Assembly (NCBI GenBank): GCA_017537225.1
Contig: JAFYLG010000071.1
Coordinates: 1-42,441 of the forward strand
DNA: 42,441 bases
Reading direction: 5' to 3'
Origin: Lachnospiraceae bacterium
Lineage (GTDB): Bacteria; Bacillota; Clostridia; Lachnospirales; Lachnospiraceae
Shown here: positions 37,180 to 42,441 of the stretch, in pieces
Layout: every line of letters starts with the position of its first letter
How positions within the stretch are numbered: the stretch's first letter is position 1
The notes under the pieces: generated by a model
Databases searched by the model: none
What the model was told of the DNA's origin: nothing
Seen by the model: only the letters and a program-made list of their open reading frames with translations
Made by a program: the position numbers and the translations under genes

Positions 37180-37461
37180 TTAGATCTTACTTCTATTCTT
37201 AACATCCTTGATCGGAATATTAGCACAGATAGCAGGCACAAAACCGTTGCCGGTATCAGACTCTGTCTGTGTGATCTGAATATTCAGATTATCAGTATCG
37301 ATCTCCATATACTTGGAAATCACCTGAATGATCTCATTCTTCAGGGCTTCCATGATCTCAGGAGAGCAGCCGGCACGGTCAGAAACCAGAACCAGCTTCA
37401 GGCGATCCTTAGCTACACTGCCGGATGCCTTATTCTTTTTGAACATATCAAACAGACCCAT
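37180..37461 (-). CDS. minE: Cell division topological specificity factor MinE
   Basis: 93 aa with KDRLKLVLVSDR, immediately after minD. Confidence 0.9.
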   Translation of the reverse strand: MGLFDMFKKNKASGSVAKDRLKLVLVSDRAGCSPEIMEALKNEIIQVISKYMEIDTDNLNIQITQTESDTGNGFVPAICANIPIKDVKNRSKI

Positions 37462-37472
37462 GACTCTCCTCC

Positions 37473-38264
37473 TTAGTTCTTCTTAAACAGCTTGCCCAGC
37501 TTAGCAAAGAAGCCTTCGGATACATTCAGATCCAGCATGGGAACTTCTTCACCGATCACACGACGGCAAATGTTCATATAAGCTTTACCTGCCAGAGAAT
37601 CATCACCTACCAGAGGCTCACCCTGGTTAGTAGATACTACAATGTGCTCATCATCCGGTACTACACCGATCAAATTTACAGCCAAAATATCCACAACATC
37701 GTCGGTGGACATCATATCACCGCGCTTTACCATATCCATGCGCAGACGGTTTACGATCAGGTCAGTACGACCGATCTCATTCGCCTCCAGCAGGCCAATA
37801 ATACGGTCAGCATCACGGATGGCAGCAACCTCAGGGGTAGTTACGACCAGAGCACGGTCAGCACCGGCAATAGCGTTCTTAAAGCCCTGCTCGATGCCTG
37901 CAGGACAGTCTAACAGAACATAGTCAAACTCTTCTCTCAGCTCATCGGTCAGCTTCTTCATCTGCTCGGGGGTTACACTGGTCTTATCTCTGGTCTGCGC
38001 ACTGGGCAGCAGGAACAGCTTATCATAACGCTTGTCCTTGATCAGAGCCTGCTTAATACGGCAGTTGCCCTCTACAACGTCAACCAGATTGTAAACGATA
38101 CGATTCTCCAGTCCCAGAACAACGTCCAGATTTCTCAGGCCGATATCGGTGTCGATCAAAACGACAGAATAGCCCAGCTTTGCCAGGCCGGTTCCTACAT
38201 TGGCAGAAGTCGTAGTCTTACCTACGCCACCCTTGCCGGAAGTGATTACAATTACTTCACTCAT
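37473..38264 (-). CDS. minD: Septum site-determining ATPase MinD
   Basis: Deviant Walker A SGKGGVGKTT and a C-terminal amphipathic helix FFAKLGKLFKK. Confidence 0.95.
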   Translation of the reverse strand: MSEVIVITSGKGGVGKTTTSANVGTGLAKLGYSVVLIDTDIGLRNLDVVLGLENRIVYNLVDVVEGNCRIKQALIKDKRYDKLFLLPSAQTRDKTSVTPEQMKKLTDELREEFDYVLLDCPAGIEQGFKNAIAGADRALVVTTPEVAAIRDADRIIGLLEANEIGRTDLIVNRLRMDMVKRGDMMSTDDVVDILAVNLIGVVPDDEHIVVSTNQGEPLVGDDSLAGKAYMNICRRVIGEEVPMLDLNVSEGFFAKLGKLFKKN

Positions 38265-38460
38265 TCTTATTTCCTCCCAAATTCAATCTATGGATCACAG
38301 TCAAAATCTTTTGTACTGTAAAACGCTATTTGTTTCTATTTTACCTTATGTTGCTCTTTTTTTCCAGTACATTTTTCATGTTGACCATAAAAATTTTATA
38401 TAATTTTATCATGATGTATTTGTGCAAAAAAGCAATATCTTAACAGAACATAAATGACAG

Positions 38461-38499
38461 AAAACAACTGCGTTCTGTCTAAAAAAACGCAGTTGTTTT
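38461..38499 (-). terminator. Intrinsic terminator directly after minC
   Basis: On the minus strand, CAACTGCGT, 13-nt loop, ACGCAGTTG followed by TTTT. It starts 6 nt after the minC stop. Confidence 0.65.
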
Positions 38500-38505
38500 T
38501 ATTAC

Positions 38506-39177
38506 TTAATCCAACTGAATATCATGCAATACATCTCTACACAACTCTTCTACATAGATGCCATCTTCTCCGCAGAAAGCGATCTTAGGCTTAACAGGGC
38601 CACGACGTCTCTCGGAAGAATCTCCTCCACGTCCCAGTACATTACCGATGCGAAGCTGAGTCGGTTCCATCTCCAAGGCCGCAATAAAGCAACGTTCATT
38701 GCCGGTAATACCCGCACAGGCAGTACCCTTTAAAGAACCAAGTACGATCACATTACCTACTGCAATAACCTTAGCACCAGGATTTACATCGCCCAGGATC
38801 ACTACACTACCCTCAGACTCTAAAACCTGTCCACTGCGAAGAGTACCTTTGTAAAAACGACCGGTATTCGCTTTTTCCGCCTGGATCTTCTTCTCCACCG
38901 CTGCGCGATGACGTGCCTCCTCCTCATCATCCTGACTAAGGATGCACAGGATCTCGACCTGACTATTTGCCATGATTACATCTGCAACCTGACGTTGCTG
39001 TACATTATCCAGGCGCTTCCCCTCGAAAGAAAGGGCCATCTTGGCATCTTTAAAAAACTTGGCAGACTCACGAAACTTTACTGCCACCTCTTCCAAAAGA
39101 GTCTCAAAGGATTCCTGGGGATCCAGATACACTGTAAGACCGTATCGATTTCCCTTGATCACAACTGCCTGACTCAT
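38506..39177 (-). CDS. minC: Septum site-determining protein MinC
   Basis: The C-terminal beta-helix is SVVILGDVNPGAKVIAVGNVIVLGSLKG. 223 aa. Confidence 0.9.
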   Translation of the reverse strand: MSQAVVIKGNRYGLTVYLDPQESFETLLEEVAVKFRESAKFFKDAKMALSFEGKRLDNVQQRQVADVIMANSQVEILCILSQDDEEEARHRAAVEKKIQAEKANTGRFYKGTLRSGQVLESEGSVVILGDVNPGAKVIAVGNVIVLGSLKGTACAGITGNERCFIAALEMEPTQLRIGNVLGRGGDSSERRRGPVKPKIAFCGEDGIYVEELCRDVLHDIQLD

Positions 39178-39249
39178 ATTTACTCCTCCTGGGGAATTTA
39201 TCTCTTTTAGATCTAATACCGATATGTTTCTGCAACATACGCTTGTCCA

Positions 39250-42171
39250 TTAGTCACGAGCACTACCACCATCAGCATCGATAGCCTCACCACTGCTGAC
39301 GATCTCATCCAAGGTGATCGCACCATAATAGAAATTCAGTACTTCATTTGCCAGCAAAGCTGCATTGGTACCAGTATAACCATTAGGGATAGTAATTGTC
39401 AATGCGATCTCTGGAGTCTCATAAGGAGCGAAACATACAAATCGAGCGTGGTTAGGCTTTGTCGTTGCCTCCTGAGCCGTACCTGTTTTACCAGCTAAGG
39501 TTGTAACACAGTTCTCAAATGGTTCATAGGCGCTACCATCTGTAACCACGTGATACATACCTTCCCACAACGCATTCCAGGTACTGTTTTTTAAATCAAT
39601 AGTGTACTGGATCTCTGTCTCCTGCTCTTTTATAATATTGCCTGTAGAGTCAGCGACACGGTCTAATAGCGTTAAATTATACATGTTGCCCTTTGTTGCC
39701 AGCGCAGTAGCGTATCTTGCCAAATGGATATTAGCGAACGCATGAGTACCCTGACCGATCGCAGACGGAATAGGATTTTCGTCGGAAATTCTGGGCTGAT
39801 TCTCATAAATTTCAATACCCGACTTACTATTAAAGCCAAATAAAGAAGCATATTTCGCCAGTTTGGAAAGACCTAACGCTGAACTGTAAGTCCCATTCTC
39901 ATCCAAAGACAAACGGTATCCCACATCACCAAAATAATAGTTACATGACCAACTCAACGCAGATACAACGTTCATTGGGCCATGGCCTCTCTTGTTCCAG
40001 CAATTCAATTTGTATTGACCATTAAACTGAACATAAGTACCGGTATCAAAAATCTCCTCGCTTAAGCCATACACGCCTTCTTCCAGGGCTGCCGCAGCAC
40101 TGACCATCTTAAAAACAGATCCTGGTGCGCGAAGAGCCTGAGTGGCCGTATTATAGAGCGGTGTGGCCGCATCGTTCTGCAGCTGGCTATAATAAGCAGC
40201 ATCAATGGTACCTGACAGACGATTGATATCATAGCTGGGATAGGAAACCACTGCCTTTAACTGACCGGTATTTACATCCGTGATCACAACAGAACAGGCA
40301 CTTGGTGTCAATGCCAGTTCACCTGGAGTGATCTCCAAATTAGAAATCGTCTTCTTGATAAAGTTAAACGCAGTATTATTGCCGCCGTTTAGCAGTTTGT
40401 CTACATTCTCCTGATCCCATTCCAGAACTCCCTGTTCAAACAAAGCCAGACACAGTTCGCGACCGGTTATCGTACCATCATATACAAGAATTTCATATAT
40501 CTTCTTACAAAAATTTGTGTTAGTCTTGAGGATATCCATCACAGTATCCAACATGACCTGATAGATCGTATTGGCAGTAGGATATTTTTCTTCGATCTGC
40601 AACTTAGTGGTATCTACCCAGTTCATTGTGATCACATGATTCAAATATTCTTTCAGACTGATCGTGCCGGCAGACCAGGCTTTGTATACCTCATCATCTG
40701 TGTCAACCTTATCCGATAAAATGTACCCGCCATTCTTTAACAGTGTTAAAATATAGCTGGTATAGGCCTGATTATTTTCATCCAAATCATTGTAAGCAAT
40801 TGGATTATCACGAGTTAACTCGTATCGAATTTCTTCCATTACGACGTTTCGCTCTTCTTCCATCTTGCTAAATATACTTTTTTCTACTTCTGACGCATCC
40901 CACTGATCGAACTGAGACATAGATAATATATTATTGCCGATTAGCTGATAATACACTCTTTTGATCGGTATACTTTTATTCTTAACCACATCACTATGGT
41001 CAGGCTCCAGATTTTTGATCTTTTCAACCAAAATACCTGCTACCATCTGCTCAGCCAAATGATAGATCCCCACCTGCAAGTCACGGTCAATGCTCAAATA
41101 TACATCATTTCCTGCCAAAGGCAAGGTACTGGACGTAGTTTCAATGATACGGCCTTCATTATCCACATAAATCTGGGCAGTACCCTTGGTACCGGATAAT
41201 TCCAGTTCCATATATTCTTCGATGCCAGCCTTACCAACAACATCACCTGCAGCATATTTCTTGGAATCAGCGATACCGGCTTCTTCTGCGTCAGCCTGTA
41301 AAGTCGCCAAATCATCGGTAGATGCTTTGCCTGTATATCCTAATATATGAGCAAACTCATAAGCATCATTATACACACGAATCGTCTCTTCTGCGATATC
41401 CACTCCGGACAAATCCGCTGCTGCTTCCTTAACCGCCATCATAGCTTCCGTATCCAGGCCAGTGGCCAAAGTAACCGCTTCATATTTGCGGTAAGAACTG
41501 GCCGCCATAGCAATACGCATGTTGATCAGCTTCAAACCTTCTTCTAATGTATACTCATAAGTATTTTTACTTTTACTGCTGTCATGACCAATGCCATATT
41601 TATCAATATATTTATCATAAACTTCCTGAGCAGTGATATCCGAACGATTGATCAGCTCGCCATCATCATTCTCAGAATCCAGCAAACTGGTAGAACGCAA
41701 ACCGTAAAAATCTCGCAAAAAAGCACGATGTTTAGCCTCAGATGTAGTAGTAAATACAATGGAATCATCATCCAATACCGCCAGAGGAGTATCTCCCACT
41801 AATGTTATATTGAAATCCTCCAGCAGACGGATCAGACGCAGGAGCATCTTGTTTTTAGCATAACCGGTTGGATATGTACCATCGTCCAAAACAGTTACGG
41901 AATAGGTCAACTCGTTATATGCCAGCGGAACACCGTTGCAGTCGTAAATATTACCGCGAGTCGCCGTCGTATAGATCTCGCGCTTGGTGCTCTCCAAATA
42001 ATCTTCCTGATATCCGGCCCCCTCTACGATCTGTAGTTGAAACAGGCGAAATACCAATGAACCAAACATGACCGCAAACAATATCACCATAGGTGTGATA
42101 CGAGAGGTCACTACCTGTTTGATTCCATATTTTATGATTTCCCATAAATCTTTAAACAAAACGATCGGCAC
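39250..42171 (-). CDS. mrdA: Class B penicillin-binding protein 2 (elongation transpeptidase), unusually long (973 aa)
   Basis: N-terminal TM helix. SxxK is S685-VFK, SxN is S742-CN, KTG is K895-TG. It lies between mreD and minC. Confidence 0.9.
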   Translation of the reverse strand: MPIVLFKDLWEIIKYGIKQVVTSRITPMVILFAVMFGSLVFRLFQLQIVEGAGYQEDYLESTKREIYTTATRGNIYDCNGVPLAYNELTYSVTVLDDGTYPTGYAKNKMLLRLIRLLEDFNITLVGDTPLAVLDDDSIVFTTTSEAKHRAFLRDFYGLRSTSLLDSENDDGELINRSDITAQEVYDKYIDKYGIGHDSSKSKNTYEYTLEEGLKLINMRIAMAASSYRKYEAVTLATGLDTEAMMAVKEAAADLSGVDIAEETIRVYNDAYEFAHILGYTGKASTDDLATLQADAEEAGIADSKKYAAGDVVGKAGIEEYMELELSGTKGTAQIYVDNEGRIIETTSSTLPLAGNDVYLSIDRDLQVGIYHLAEQMVAGILVEKIKNLEPDHSDVVKNKSIPIKRVYYQLIGNNILSMSQFDQWDASEVEKSIFSKMEEERNVVMEEIRYELTRDNPIAYNDLDENNQAYTSYILTLLKNGGYILSDKVDTDDEVYKAWSAGTISLKEYLNHVITMNWVDTTKLQIEEKYPTANTIYQVMLDTVMDILKTNTNFCKKIYEILVYDGTITGRELCLALFEQGVLEWDQENVDKLLNGGNNTAFNFIKKTISNLEITPGELALTPSACSVVITDVNTGQLKAVVSYPSYDINRLSGTIDAAYYSQLQNDAATPLYNTATQALRAPGSVFKMVSAAAALEEGVYGLSEEIFDTGTYVQFNGQYKLNCWNKRGHGPMNVVSALSWSCNYYFGDVGYRLSLDENGTYSSALGLSKLAKYASLFGFNSKSGIEIYENQPRISDENPIPSAIGQGTHAFANIHLARYATALATKGNMYNLTLLDRVADSTGNIIKEQETEIQYTIDLKNSTWNALWEGMYHVVTDGSAYEPFENCVTTLAGKTGTAQEATTKPNHARFVCFAPYETPEIALTITIPNGYTGTNAALLANEVLNFYYGAITLDEIVSSGEAIDADGGSARD

Positions 42172-42441
42172 TCCTTCTCTTGGATGCCAGCTCCAGCCGG
42201 CGATTTACAAATATCAGGAAACGATATACGACCACCAAAACGATCATGGTATAGATGGTCTCCGGCAGAACGATCCTGCCAAAATAGTAGCCAATGTCAA
42301 AACGACCTCGCAGCAAAAAGCCGAACACATAGACGTACATACCGTAAATTACTTCTGCCACAGCACAAACACCTAACGGCAAAAGCAATGAATCCATATA
42401 GAAATATGGATTAAAAAAGCCGCAGCCATAGCCTAATAAAC
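42152..42441 (-). CDS. mreD: Rod shape-determining protein MreD, 5' end beyond window
   Basis: The frame stays open upstream of the listed Met (..LLGYGCGFFNPYFYMDSLL..). The product is hydrophobic and overlaps the PBP2 start by 20 nt. Confidence 0.7.
   Translation of the reverse strand, partial: LLGYGCGFFNPYFYMDSLLLPLGVCAVAEVIYGMYVYVFGFLLRGRFDIGYYFGRIVLPETIYTMIVLVVVYRFLIFVNRRLELASKRRSADRFV

Noticed and set aside
1-42441. Search for CRISPR arrays, IS elements, prophage, integrative elements or rRNA operons
   Set aside because: I saw no spaced direct repeats, transposase, integrase or recombinase ORFs, phage structural genes or rRNA-like sequence on either strand. The only strong repeats are the short palindromes reported as operators or terminators.

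Overview
This window reads as a chromosomal, mostly housekeeping segment of a low-GC Gram-positive anaerobe. The gene content looks Clostridia/Lachnospiraceae-like, which is an inference from that content only. I call about 48 CDS, roughly 41 of them on the minus strand, plus one tRNA-Leu(CAA). Going up in coordinates the genes are: polA (3'-truncated at base 1) preceded by an orphan zf-HC2 anti-sigma-like gene; a small stress/detox cluster (two VOC/glyoxalase genes, an LMW tyrosine phosphatase, two HD hydrolases, a rhodanese lipoprotein); PadR + DUF2812-like; an orphan TetR; a PfkB kinase, an ABC exporter pair and a nicotinamidase; DedA and a P-type Ca2+-ATPase; a plus-strand islet (membrane protein, tRNA-Leu, upp); a DUF1311-like lipoprotein; RNase HI overlapping a membrane MutS-domain-V ATPase; an M42 peptidase; obg, an unknown protein, and rpmA-prp-rplU with a candidate L21 leader; a cytidylate-kinase-like gene; cstA; rluD-lspA-sepF with an orphan HlyD-like protein; a HicB-like protein, a DUF378-like protein and a mini P-loop protein; and the morphogenesis cluster DD-carboxypeptidase, mgsA, rodA, minE, minD, minC, a long PBP2 and mreD (5'-truncated at the window end). 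I see no CRISPR array, rRNA, transposase, integrase, prophage or recognisable defence island, and I cannot point to a convincing novel multi-gene system. The best candidates for a second look are the translationally coupled membrane-MutS-like/RNase HI pair, the unknown membrane protein in the spo0B position upstream of obg, the orphan HlyD-like protein next to sepF, the 140-aa mini P-loop protein, the ~970-aa PBP2 with a large insertion and a possible Zn site, and two consensus promoters whose -10 boxes sit inside perfect palindromes (PadR, TetR). All family assignments come from motif recognition by eye. No searches were run.
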